DNA of 63,956 bases, filler included, from Platydemus manokwari (taxonomy: Eukaryota), in NCBI GenBank assembly GCA_037951405.1. It is 5 parts of 5 records of this genome, joined end to end, with 100 filler letters (N's around TTAATTAATTAA, not from the genome) between each part and the next. Parts side by side here need not be neighbours in the genome. Positions count along the whole stretch, not along the records: positions 51,585 to 63,956 come from JBBMOY010166677.1; 4 more parts are not named here. The stretch is one strand, 5' to 3'. Position 1 is the first letter of the stretch, and each line of letters begins with the position of its first letter. Shown piece by piece: positions 51,585 through 63,956 of the stretch. The notes under the pieces were generated by a model that was not told the origin of the DNA, did no database searches, and saw only the letters and a program-made list of their open reading frames with translations. Position numbers and translations under genes: made by a program.

Positions 51585-52739
51585 TTCAAAATTGTAAGAA
51601 GGTAAAAAAAAATATTAAAGAGTCCTTGATTTCATTTTTACCCTCTTTTTTAAAGCCAGGTAATATAAATCAATTCTACTTCACCTTTTATTTTAAATTT
51701 AAAATATATTTATTATAATATATTTCTCAACATTAGATTAGAGATGTATGAACTTAGATAAGATTCGTGCATGGTGTTATTTAATGAGAATATTCAGGTA
51801 AAAAATATAACCGCTATCAAATGAAGTTCTGGGCACTTCGATGTATGTAACTCAATGGTTGATAAATATGGGTCGATTATTTATAAATCCTTGATAAAAC
51901 TGAAAACTATGTAACGGATTATTGTAAGCACTTCTAAGACTTTTTTATTTAAATATTTTGAAATTAACTCTACTATATGATATCATTGTATTATGTTTGT
52001 TTGCACTTGCTTGGCACATTTCAATAAACCCATCAAAATAACTCGCATATATTTTTTCAAGTGAAAGAGATCGAAATAGATTTCATTCAGCTATTTTTTA
52101 TTTTCAAATGTATTCTCTTCATTTTAGATTTTCAATACTCGATATATCTTGTGTAATAAAAGATGAGGAAAATATAAATCAACTAATTAATATGAGAAAT
52201 ATATTTTGTGATTTATTCAGAAATTATTTATTAAAATTATTGCATTCGCAGTCAAATATCAGATAACTCGAATATCAGAGAAAACATCAATAACAGAAAC
52301 TAATTTAAAATAGATATCAGTTTACAATTTTGTTTAATATATCTCATTGAGATGTTTTTTTTTTCAATTTTGATGTTTTAAGTTCAACATCGAGATTAGA
52401 TCACATATCGAATATAACAGACAGTAAGCCATGAGCAATTTTAATGGATAAAAAAAATATAATTTGTGATCGGTTATACCGATTGACATGAAGGAATCAT
52501 ACAACTTCAACGGGCGTTAATATTTTTAAATTTCTAGAAACGATGTTGATTTTCTTTTAATTTTTGTAGTTTTGTTCTTCATGTTAGTTAAATTATACAT
52601 CCATCTAATTGTTTTTAGATCTTCTGTTTATATTAGGAAAATAATTACAGTAAAGTCACTCATTAGTCTAAGTTTATTTTTGAAAATCTAACTCGTTTTA
52701 CATTCAGTATATTAGAACAAAGATTATCAATATAATTTA

Positions 52740-55480
52740 ACTTCCTTCTTCAGCCACTCTACTCTTCTTGGCTTGATTTGTCATGGAAAATCAATTAAAA
52801 CTTGAAGTGAACTCAAGAATATTAAAATTTGCATTGGGCCTTCGTATCGTCTTTGTGAATCTTGTTGGATTCTTTTTAAACCGCCACCTTTTCTTCACTG
52901 CGAAAAACCTAGATCATTCTTCTGGGCGCGTTTCCTCTCTTCTGCGTCATTTATTGTAGTTCCGTGTTTCTCTCATTTTTAGCCTATGTAAGAATCTCAG
53001 CCTTTCAAAAAGAATCTCATAGGGTGAGTGTTTGGTGAGTGGCATTGATTATGAATTTTATTACTGGTGAAAGTTTACCCCAACTTGAGATGATGTCATC
53101 CGACGTCTTTGTCGTTACTGCCTTGTCGCTTACGAAACTTACTTTTTTCAAATCCATTTGCGTGGTGAGCAATGCCTTGTTACAATATTAGTGTTTTCAT
53201 TCAATAAAACTGATCTCGGTGTTCCATATTGATAAATTCACTGGTTGATAATGGTTTCAGGGGTTTCATGGACAACGGCCTCATTCTGGTTGGTTAACGG
53301 TGTCCGGATTATTAGTTGGCTGAAATGATCGATAATTGCTAATAAATACTTAAATTTGGACTTAATATGTATATATTCTTCTCTATTTAGCATTACTTCT
53401 TGCTGTAACCCTTCAATTTAGAGCAAAATTTTTAACCCTGTACTTGGTGTTCTATATTACATTACATGCTGGCCAAAAATAGATATTCTGTACATAATCC
53501 AATAACTTTCGGTGGAAGTAACTTGTCATATTCTGTGCTTGAGCTACAGATATAATTTCTTTCTTCCTTCATGGTTATACACGGCTAGATTATCTATCCG
53601 AGTATATTTTTCGATATTGGATCTTCTTCACATCTGGGTTAACCACTTCTTTATTGAGTTTATGACTTTATCTTTTGACTGTATATCTTCCAAGTCATTA
53701 ACACTTTTACATTCAAGCACTTTAATAAATCCAGTATCAGGTTTGCACATTTTTTAGACTTGGTGTACTGATAAACATTGAGAGCATAATTTTTTCTCAA
53801 TGTTATTAATTCATCAGCGTTAGCATGAAGGCTGCCTTTCAGGTATGAAACTAGGTTTGAAAATGTAGATTTGTTTATTGGCTTTCTGCATGTATGTCAA
53901 CGCTTTGTGATGCATTCTAATTAAAAGCTTTTTCGCATGCAGAAAATGTTTAAACTGTATTGTGAATTCATGGATTGCTAGTAACCCCGTCTTTTAACAT
54001 TTATTGCTCTGAAACATACATCTGTATCCAGAATCGTTTGTTTGCCTAAATATAGATATGATGATAGTACTGATGTTGATGAAAAAGATTTTTTGAGTTT
54101 CCTTGAAGACTCAGCACATTCATTTCACCATTTGATTTTCATATTTTGTCGAGTTTAAACTGAATACAACAGTGCCGATATCTATGCGTAATATTTGCTG
54201 AGTCCCCTGTAATAGTTACATAGTTTCATGAATGATTGCAACTATGGCTTATAATTCGGTATTTTTGTCTTTTTGATTTTTTATCTTGCATATTAACTTC
54301 CGTATATTAAAATACCATCAAGATAAACTGGGATACAATCATATATTACTTCTTTGAATATTATATTCATTAGTTTCGGGTATGTCACTGGAACTGCACA
54401 TAATTCAAATGGTTATCTGTTGAAGCAGTACCGTTTGTTATTTGTACTGAACGGGGTTTCATGGGGCTACTACACTGTCATATAAAATTGCTCACTAAGA
54501 GATTCCTTATTAACTCCTGGATCTTCTCCGAATGTAATGGCTGCCGTTTGGGATTTTAGTGAGACGGTCCTTTATTTAGTATTGTTATTCAGTGGTCGGA
54601 TATAAATGCCTTGAAAATTGAGGCATATTCTCGAATGTACTTTAGAAGAGTGGAATCATCTTACATAGCGATACTTTTCTTTGCAAGTATGAGTCTGTGA
54701 CTATGGTGATGGTTTATTCTAGTATCTGCAGTATCACTGATCTTAATTTCTGTAAAAAATTCCCCGTTTGATTTTGTCATTACAAGTTTCCAGATTCTTT
54801 CCCAGTTTTCTTCGTTCATTAAGACTATGGATGATCATAACATTTCGAACTCTCTATCATTGCATGTTATCCAACATAATACTATACACTTTTTGTAACA
54901 TTTGTGAGCTCTCCACCATTTACCCTCTCTCAAATTTTCAATCTTCCCTTTCCAAATGGCTTATTGCTTCAATCCCACTGACGAGATAGATTCAAGAATT
55001 TAGTATTCGTTTTTGACAACTTCGTCTGAGTGCCTTCCGTCTTTACTTACACTCTCTAATTGCAATATTTTTTATCTTCTGGTCTTTGGTCAATCTCGAA
55101 ACACTTGCTTTTCTGTTTCAAGGCAGAGTGGACACTAGTTTTTTCTGTTTCTCTTCTCCACAACAATCTTATTTGATACATTGATTTCTCATCGTGAGTA
55201 TACTTCTTCATTGATTATATTATCTTGTTGCAGTCATCTTTAATTATATTCACTGATAGCAGCCCATTGGCCAAACGCCTGTTAAGTTTGAAACAGTTAA
55301 CAGTATCCGGATTCTAGTGTATTAGAAAATTGATGTTTTTTATCATCATTGGAATACGATTTCTTAATTTCATTGACCTGGTGAGTGGGGACCGGTTTCG
55401 TTTAATTACCAGTCATTCTCTTCGCCTATCATCCTTTATGGAAAGGTCTAAAGAGAAGGATTCCATCAGGTTGAATAGAG
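52740..55480 (-). mobile_element. Second, more decayed NeSL-like non-LTR element (5' half, ends before RT)
   Basis: Same strand skew and layout as 26885-31350. Ulp1-like patches (TDNHLNY, QFILMVF, TQQ....DIGTVV) lie at 54440-54165. It shares the 5' motif AAGGATGAYAGG...CCRGTCCCCA with the first element. Confidence 0.5.
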
Positions 55481-58400
55481 AATCGTGAAATTTCTTCTTC
55501 GATCATTTTTCTTTTACCGAAAATTCTTTATACTAATTTCTTAAATCACATTTCGAAAGTGCGATATTTTTCATTTGGCTTCTGTCTCATTGCTGCCAAA
55601 TATTGAATCTTGTCACAGACAATTTTATTATAGAGAACACGTTGGAGAACTAATATTTTATGACATCATTAACTTTTTTGCATTCATCATATTAAAATAA
55701 AGATAATTGATATTACTTAAACGTTACAAAGCAAAAGATCTAAGATTAATTTGTGTTTTCATATTTTAAACGAAATGAATTAGAATCAGTATAAACCTAT
55801 TTAAAACAAAACTCATAATGTTTTTAAATTTAATGGAATTGATTTCTGGACAAAAATAAGTTCTCAACTTTTTTCTTTAAATTTTTAAATAGTCATCCCT
55901 GAAACTTACTTTTTAGAGATTTTATCAACTTTGTGTGACTTGATTGAAAAATAAGTCAAAACATGGAATAGAAATGCCTGAGCTTTAGTTTTCTAAATGT
56001 CTTTTTTCATGTTTCGAAAAACTTTTATTTAACAAATTCATTTAACTCAGTTCATTCGTTGATATTGAAAAAACTCACACACTTAACACGGTTGTATTCA
56101 CCAATGGATTATACATCATGTCAGCCTTATGTCTAAATATTTTCGACAATAAAATAATAAATAAAAATAACTTATCTTTTGAAATTATTATTAAAAACTG
56201 AAAGAATAAAATTAAAACCTGCTTCTTGAAAAAATCATCATAAAAATGTCCTTCACATATGTACTAGACTAAAACATTCTCACAGATATTGAAAGTTTTG
56301 CAAAACATATTTATTAATATTAATCGATTTCAGCTAATTTATTACTTAAAGTTAAAATTCAAATGTTCTTATTAAGAATTACAAATTATTATCATATAAA
56401 TGATAATATAAAAAGATAATATCTTCATAACATGGAACTTAAAAATTTCACGATATTCAATGCAAGAAATATATAAGCTTCATTTTATAATGTCATAAAT
56501 ATTGCATTAAAAGTAAACGAAAACTTAACCAGGAAAATTTCGTTTTAAAAATGTGAAGTATCGAACAAAAAGTTGCCTGCGGTTCGATAATACAATTTTA
56601 TTACTTGAAAGCAGAGTGCGGTTTTACAAAATAAACTTGTTTTAATTGTATTGAACCGATGTAAACAAAAAAGTGAAATAACAATTCAAAACAAGTTGCT
56701 ATAAAACGAAAAAATCTCATTTCAGTTTATTTAAGCCTAATAAAGAAGTAAAAATGTCTTATTTTGAACAATTATACAGTTTTAAAACGAATTATTAATA
56801 GCATTCCATTTAACGTAGCAAGTATACGATTGTCACTCACCTTTCTTTGGCTCCGGTAGAGCTTATAAGGGTCGGGCAAACATCTGTCTTCATCCCTGTC
56901 CATCCTACACTTATTCGACGTGTTATGCGATTCATAAATTCGGCATTAAGAAGATTCATCGATAAAAATTGTCATCATGAATTTACTGATAAAAGTAGCT
57001 ACCGAATTGGTTTTTATTGAATATTTTTTGGACTAAATAATCTAATTATTGTTGTTTATTTTACTGGTTATTACAATTTTTTATTTGCAATCTAATTATT
57101 TTTGAGCACTCATTCAATGGTTTGGAAGAAAATTGTCAAGCTAATCTATGTAATTCAACGTCGTCCTTCGGTGGCCATAATATAACCTAGCTGATAAGAA
57201 TCTAATTTCATACTTGCACAGTTCATTTATTAATTATCAGTTTCACATAGGAGTTGCCTAAACTTCTAATTAAGAAACCTCTTAATCAGAAATCTTTTCC
57301 GAAAACTTTTATTTGTCTCAATTTTTATTTCAAATAGTAAAAAATGGCCTGATGAAAAAGTCGTCGCCAATTTATTGTTTTTGTTCAGTAGTTTCTATTT
57401 AAGATTATTTTAGGTTTTATGCCTATCCAACAAATAACAATTGACTTCCGATAGTTCTCGACTAACTTGCCAATTAAAAAATAGTTGATTAGCTTTTTTG
57501 TTCAATAGTATTTCCAACTTCAGTTTTATCTCGAATATTTGAAAACTTTTTAAAATAACTTGACACAGATATTTAATGATTTATTTAAACAATTTTCAAT
57601 TCAATTGACAAAATAAAAATTTAAGATTTACATTTAAAATTTTTAACTAACAAATAAAATGGATTTCACTTAATATTAATTAAGCTTTTTTAATTTTAAA
57701 AATTGTGTTATCTTGACAAATCGTCAGTCTTTAAATAAATCTTTCAAAAATAAGCTATGATTTCTATTATTAAGAAAAGTAAATAATTAACTTATAAAAC
57801 GTTGGTTTCATGGTTCATGTAAAAAAGTGTTATTATAAAAACTGTTATTGTACGAATTTATAATAACTATTAATTTTAAATTTAAATTATAATAAATTTT
57901 CTGAATGATCCAGCCTCAAATTAAACTAATAATTATAATTACAATAAAATATCAAGTAATCATTTTGCAAAATCTGCACGAGGATTTAATCATGGCAGTC
58001 CTACCCAGAGTCCTAAAATAAAAATATTAAGCAAATTCTATTAAAGAACTTCCTTTATTAGATTGGTATAAGTAAAGAAATATATTCTATAGATAAATTA
58101 TTTGAATTGATAAAATATTCGCTGAGATCTACCATTCAATCATATTCCATTGTAGAACTTAATTTAATTATTAAAAAAAAATCATTTTCGAGTTTAAATT
58201 ATTTAAGGATTAAAATCATCCTCATTCAAAATTTTCTTTGATTAGGGATCGAGAAATGGTTATAAAATGAATAGAGAACTTAAGAATAATAAAAGTATAC
58301 GACAAATGACTAAAGGAAATCGAAAAGTTTAAAGTGGATGTAAATGAAATGCAAAAAACTCTGTAAGACAAATTGAAAAAAAATCCCAAGCTCTTAAATA

Positions 58401-59169
58401 AATTGAAGTAGTTGACTCAGTAATTGCCAACAATGACTGTCGAAAAATAGAAAACCATCAAAAAATTATCAGACCGATTTCTGGATTTAAGACATCTCAC
58501 GAAAGAACACATGAAATACGTATGGAAAAACTGAACAGAAAAAATTCACGATTTAGACGAAAAAGCCAAGCCAACAAACAGTTGGATATGTTACTGACAA
58601 TTAACAATTCGATGTTTTATTTATCTGTGTTATGATTTTAAATCTCTCAGTTCTTTTCGTTCTATATATCAGTATTACTTTTTATGGACCATCTGTACAT
58701 TTAATGATTTGTATATTAACAAATTTTAGTTAATTATTTTTATTTTACAATCATCGATTTTTAGTATAAAAATGATTTAGATATTTTTGCTACCGAATTC
58801 AAGATGAACATCATGATTTAGTAAAAAATATTACAAATATTTGATTTATTATAATGACATATTGTAGTAAAATAAAAATTATTATTTTCCTGCAAAATAG
58901 AGCCAAATAAAACCATTATTATAAAATAAAAAAGTTCGCGAGAAAATTAACATTGAAAAATGCATAAATAAAGTCAGCGAAAATATCAAACAATGAGAAA
59001 GTATTCGATTTTAAAATGCACTAAAAATTTAATTTTAAAAATTCGATGAAATTTAAAATTTCACAAATTATTAAGTCGAAAATTAAAATAAATTAAATTA
59101 ATTCATGAATAATGGGGAAAGTTACCGTATATAAAATGTGAATTTTCCATTAAAAAAGTGCAAATATTA

Positions 59170-59400
59170 ATATCTAAACATATCTTTATACTCATAAAGC
59201 CTATTGAAACTACTATTAAAACTACTGAACAGTTGAGAAAAGAAAAACTTCATATTACTATCTTAGATTCATCTTAAAGAGACCTAATACTACTTAAACG
59301 AGGATACCAAAGGGATATTATTCTACCTCAAACAATTATTTCAGCCAAAGAGAACTTACTACTCATTTATGAACTTAACGTCCCTAGATAATTAGTGAAA
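59170..59400 (+). mobile_element. Possible Penelope-like RT C-terminal remnant
   Basis: LKRGYQRDII-like patch (L..RGYP..II) and an upstream LYTHK-P patch; very decayed. Confidence 0.25.
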
Positions 59401-59759
59401 TGTTTTATATCATTACATTTTTATTAGTGTTAAAGATTCTATTTTCGGTTTCCATGATATATGCGGGATAAACCAATTCGTTTGAATAATATAATAATTA
59501 GTGAGCTAATCTGTGAGCCTTTTTGTGTGATTAATTAATTATGTGTTTATTTTATTTGATATTCAATTTAAGTTTTTTAAGTAGTCTTTGGATTTTTATT
59601 TGTCTTACTACTTTCCCAAAGGTTGAAGCACTGAGATTGATCTATAGATTTATTATATTAATTTTTGTTACTTGAAATATTGGATTTGGCTGACCTGGAT
59701 ATTGCATTGATGGTATTAAATTTGTGGAATCGGATTGAGCTCAAATTTGAGAATTTTTG

Positions 59760-60180
59760 CCATTGTGTTGAGAAACGAAAAAGAAAAGAAAAAAAGAAAA
59801 GCGACAGAAAAAAACGATTTCTCATAATTTATACTTTACTCTGGCACTTTAAGCATGTGTCATGTCTACACAATTATACAGGCCTAGCAATCAACGAATC
59901 ACAACTGACATAAATGGAAAATTATAATTCTAAAAATAGTCATAAATCAATAAATTCAATTGGAATTTTAGAAAAAAGATTAAATCAAAACGTTATGCTA
60001 AAGTTACACACAAATCTCAAGGATAAATGATGATCCCTAACTGCAAGCTGGAAGCCAAGTTTTATGTTGATGTTTTATGTTAATGCTTTGTTAAGTTTAC
60101 AGTTATTCGTGTACGTATTGTATAGTACATTCTAGTGATATATGGGTTGCAAACTTCGGTTCCTTTGGAACTCAACAATT
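59760..60180 (-). repeat. Unclassified ~430-bp interspersed repeat, copy 4
   Basis: Reverse complement of 4065-4495 (e.g. TTTATGTTGATGTTTTATGTTAA versus TTAACATAAAACATCAACATAAA; GACATAAATGGAAAATTATAATTC). Confidence 0.75.
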
Positions 60181-61342
60181 GGATGGGTGTCATTGCTTTG
60201 GAATAATATTGCATTTATTGGATTTAACATTGTTTATCTTGGATTAATTGAGGTAAGGTTACTATGTTAATTTATTCTGGGTCTGGATTTAAAATAGATG
60301 ATGTTGGGTTAAGCGTAGACAATCGTGAAGACAATCTTTTGGAAATATAAAAATTAATTTTTAAAATATGATGAGTTAGATAATTTCAATAGGTGTAACT
60401 ATAAGTATCAATTGAATACTTTTTATAATATTAGACAACTCCGATAATACAAAAAAGTTTAGTATTATTAAGGTGTATTAATCGAATAATTGATATTATT
60501 ATGAGCAATATACAAATTAACGATGAAAATATTAAAATGGTAAACTATAACCAGATGATATAACGCACTGTTTTACAAGATAAGAGGAGAAATGTGAAAA
60601 TTCAGAGTATCTATAGTTTTTTTGTATGCAATAAAGTCAATATCAAAAAAATTAAGTAAAGATGAATTATTTACTAAGCATTTAATAAAAGTAGTAGACT
60701 TTAATATGTAGACTTCACAGTTTCGCTTGCAAAATACTTTATTATTTGAAACCGGACAATTTTCTTGCTTTTTTTAAAAAACTCCTGAACAAAGTCGATC
60801 ACAAAAATTATCATGGATATGTTATGTCTTGTAAGGTTTGCTAATAAGTTAGATTCCAACATATTTATAAATAAATGTTCAAGATGAACTTTATTAAACT
60901 TATTAACTAGTCACGATTAGTCGATGGACACCCTTATATATACGCATTCTCATAAAGTATTTCAAGAAATTATTGACCAAACAAAACACAAGTGATGGAA
61001 ACTAGAGAACAGCCTGGCTATTATATTTGGTGTCATTTTCATTTAATAATCTATCTATTGTTGATTTTGTCTTCAAATAATTAATTTATATAATTAATTC
61101 TATAGTTACTACAGATACTGTTTGATTCATTTGGTCGCCAGTGAGGCCATTTATTCATACAAAACACCTTATAATAGTTTATATTCCTCTAACTTGCTGG
61201 TTAGAAGTGCGTAGCTATGCATATTGGTGAGTACTCGATAATATAATATCAATTATATATTATAATTATATATTATTTAATATTTTATAAAACTAAAAAG
61301 ACAAACAATGATTTTTTTTTATAAAATATGTCTCGAAATATT

Positions 61343-61956
61343 TCACCAATCTTTAATCGCATAACGCTCGCTTGTGAAAGCTCGAATAATGGCGATTATT
61401 TCAGTAAAAAAAGGAATCAAAACCGTAAATCCGAAAATATACCAATAAACCGACCATGACCAAACACTCAATGTGTAAATTAATAGCGCCGCTGAACCCA
61501 CTAAATGGCTTAAAATAGCTTTAATATTTATAGGAAAATAATTATTTCTATATTAATTTATAATTTTTTAAATAGTGTTATAAATTATTAATATAAAATT
61601 AAAAGGATACAAATCAATGATTGTGTCAACAAAAACATTGACCGAATGGAGAAACACAGCCATTCAAATGTTAATAAACCTATAGAAATTGCCAAAGTAA
61701 TATTCATTCTAAAATAAATATTAAAAAACCTTAGTAATAATAAAAATACGTTTACTCTGTTGATATTTGGGCAGCTGTCAAAGGGAAGGGACTTAAAGCA
61801 ATTGTTTGTTTTACATAAACATTCTAATGGATAAAAAACAATAAAAAACAATTAGAATCATAAGTATACTTTGATAATTAATAAGTTTATTGTAAGAATC
61901 AACTGTAATACAAGAACGACAAATCTAACAGCTGCAAAACCTTGTAAAGATAACAT
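61343..61956 (-). CDS. TMEM107: Transmembrane protein 107 (ciliary transition zone), 142 aa, 4 exons
   Basis: Exons 61870-61956, 61756-61823, 61611-61708, 61343-61518 are GT-AG and total 429 nt. Translation MLSLQGFAAVRFVVLVLQLILTINLL...ISIGLLTFEW...SMFLLTQSLISILSHLVG...YWYIFGFTVLIPFFTE matches the TMEM107 hallmarks RF, SMF..TQSLISI.AH and YWYIF.F...P..TE. Confidence 0.85.
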
Positions 61957-63416
61957 TACATATGAAATAAACTTTGTAACTATAGACAATAATTGTATAT
62001 TAAAACAACGGTTTTTTAATTTTAATTTGATCACTAATATAATTATTTGATTGAGCAATATTATTTCAGTTACTTGAAAAGAATTATATACATATATATA
62101 TAATAGATTTAAATTAAATAAATTTATAATAACTAGTTTAAAGCAATGACATTATAATTTTAAACCATTTTGAAATTATAATGAAATATGTTATTTTGAA
62201 AAATTGGATAATAAATAATAAATAAATAATAGGATAAACTGGTCTCTTTTCTATATTTTACCCAACAATTAATCTTTGATGACTTTTACATTGCATTTTA
62301 CATGACTTCATGTTAAGTATAAACTTTGAATTATAGGTACGACATTAATCTTAATGTACATATTGTGCAACGGTATAATATGATTGAAAACTTAAGATCT
62401 TTGTTATTTCTGATTTAATAAGCATTTTTTACTATAATGACATCGACTTTATTTTTAACGATTAATTACTGTTTTTTCTAGAAATGGCTTGAATTTCGAT
62501 AATAATCGAAAGAATATTTTTTACTTTTATTGATTTAGGTGCTTGAGCTTAATGTAAGAAGAGAAGTATAATGATCAAAGCTTTATGAATTATCTCAATT
62601 TTAATTTTTAGATACTTTTAATAAATCTTTATAAAGAATACTTTGAGTCTTCCAATCAATTAAACACGTGAGCTTTATAAGTTTTGGTATTCATAAGCAA
62701 ATTCGATATATATGATATCAGATGTGGCACTAACTTCTATTGAATGCAGCTCTCATATGAATCCAATTTAATTTTTATTCTTTTTGAATTATTGAAACTT
62801 AAATGATATCATTAGGTTATTTGTATTATAATGGAAAACCTGTAAGTTGCCTTATTGACTTTCAGGGTCGGTATTTCTGATCATTTGTATCATACACAGT
62901 CAAGTCGTTCTCTTTATTATCAGGTAAAAATATTTGTAGATATATTTAACTCAACTTGGTGATATTCATATCTCACAAGAAGAAAGATTTAAATTATCAA
63001 GGTTGGGATTTAAGAATAATTCTAATAAATTAATCATTTTAAATCATTTTCTATGCCGTAAAAAGATTTTTGGTTCGTATGACCGGCGAAAATTGAAAAA
63101 TATTATCGACAAAATTCATATTTAGTAAATTAATTTATGTTTATATGAAAAAGCCTTGGAGTGAGAAATTCAAACGAAGTTTACAGAAAAGAAATTTAAT
63201 ATTATCAAAGTAAGTAGCTGGTATTTTAAAGAATTATGTCTCATAGATTGGTAAACATTTCAAAATATCAATGCAAATGATCACTACAAAACATATATTG
63301 ATTATCAACACATAAATATTTCCCCAAACACAGTCACAGAGAAAAACACAAGAACACTCTAATTAGTGATGTTGATTCCAAAAATCTATTTAACAGAATG
63401 ATATTAAATCACTCAA

Positions 63417-63858
63417 TTAAACCAATTTATGCTCATGTTTTGGATCGTGGAGGCATTCATAATCTAGATGAACGAAACATCTTCCCACTTCATCTAAGCA
63501 TTCAATTCGTTTCTGCAGTGATTCTCCAATATCATGCGCATATTTCAGAGGCATGTTTTCGTCTAAAACAATGTCCACTTCAACAAGGAAATTAACTCCG
63601 AAATGAAATGCTCTGACAGTATCGATAAATTTGATATCTGGATGATGGTTGACAGCGATAAATGCCATTTTCTGCAAAAAAGAAGATGAAGCAGTGTGGC
63701 CGGTTAGTGTCTTTACGTGTTCTGATTATATTGAAATAATAATTACTGTATAATAATCCGAAGAAATTTACCATAACCGCTTCGTATCCATCCCACTAGA
63801 ATATATATCGAAATAACAATGGCTCCGCACGGATCCAGGTACTTTAAATTCTCAATAT
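63417..63858 (-). CDS. Cation diffusion facilitator (Mn-CDF / metal tolerance protein-like), last two exons; 5' part lies outside the window
   Basis: Exons 63772-63858 and 63417-63721 translate as YLDPCGAIVISIYIL..W...EHVKTLTGHTA...IDTVRAFHFG..FLVEVDIVLDENMPLKYAHDIGESLQKRIECLDEVGRCFVHLDYECLHDPKHEH, typical of the MTP8-11-like C-terminus. Confidence 0.9.
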
Positions 63859-63956
63859 CTTAATAGATAATTTTATTATTGTAAGGGAGATTCGTAAATG
63901 GAAATGTGATTGCGGTATGTATGATGTGTGTATGTTGTTTGATTGCATGTTGATTA

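Overview
AT-rich (roughly 27-30% GC by eye) eukaryotic, almost certainly animal, genomic DNA with very short GT-AG introns (35-115 nt). This is compatible with a flatworm such as a planarian, but that is inference only. The window is not one contiguous locus. Four identical 100-nt artificial spacers (44N-TTAATTAATTAA-44N) join five separate pieces, and there is one further 150-N gap. Host genes I can support are an intronless SLC16-like MFS transporter, a 7-exon gene encoding three ubiquitin-like domains fused to a STE/MAP3K-like pseudokinase, LEO1 (7 exons), a nearly intronless LRRC9, TMEM107 (4 exons, not recovered intact by the ORF track) and the 3' end of a Mn-CDF/MTP-type cation efflux gene. 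The rest is mostly transposon debris: a pogo/Tigger remnant, a Harbinger-like MITE family, two NeSL-type RLE non-LTR elements carrying a Ulp1-like protease, a Gypsy LTR-gag fragment, a Gypsy family with ~90-bp AGT...ACT LTRs, and a decayed 28S rDNA fragment. The two strongest novelty candidates are (1) a Gypsy-type element whose pol runs into an env-like membrane protein, followed by an extra ORF with an apparently inactive REX4/ISG20-like exonuclease fold (39.5-44.5 kb), and (2) the tandem-UBL pseudokinase (22.0-23.8 kb).
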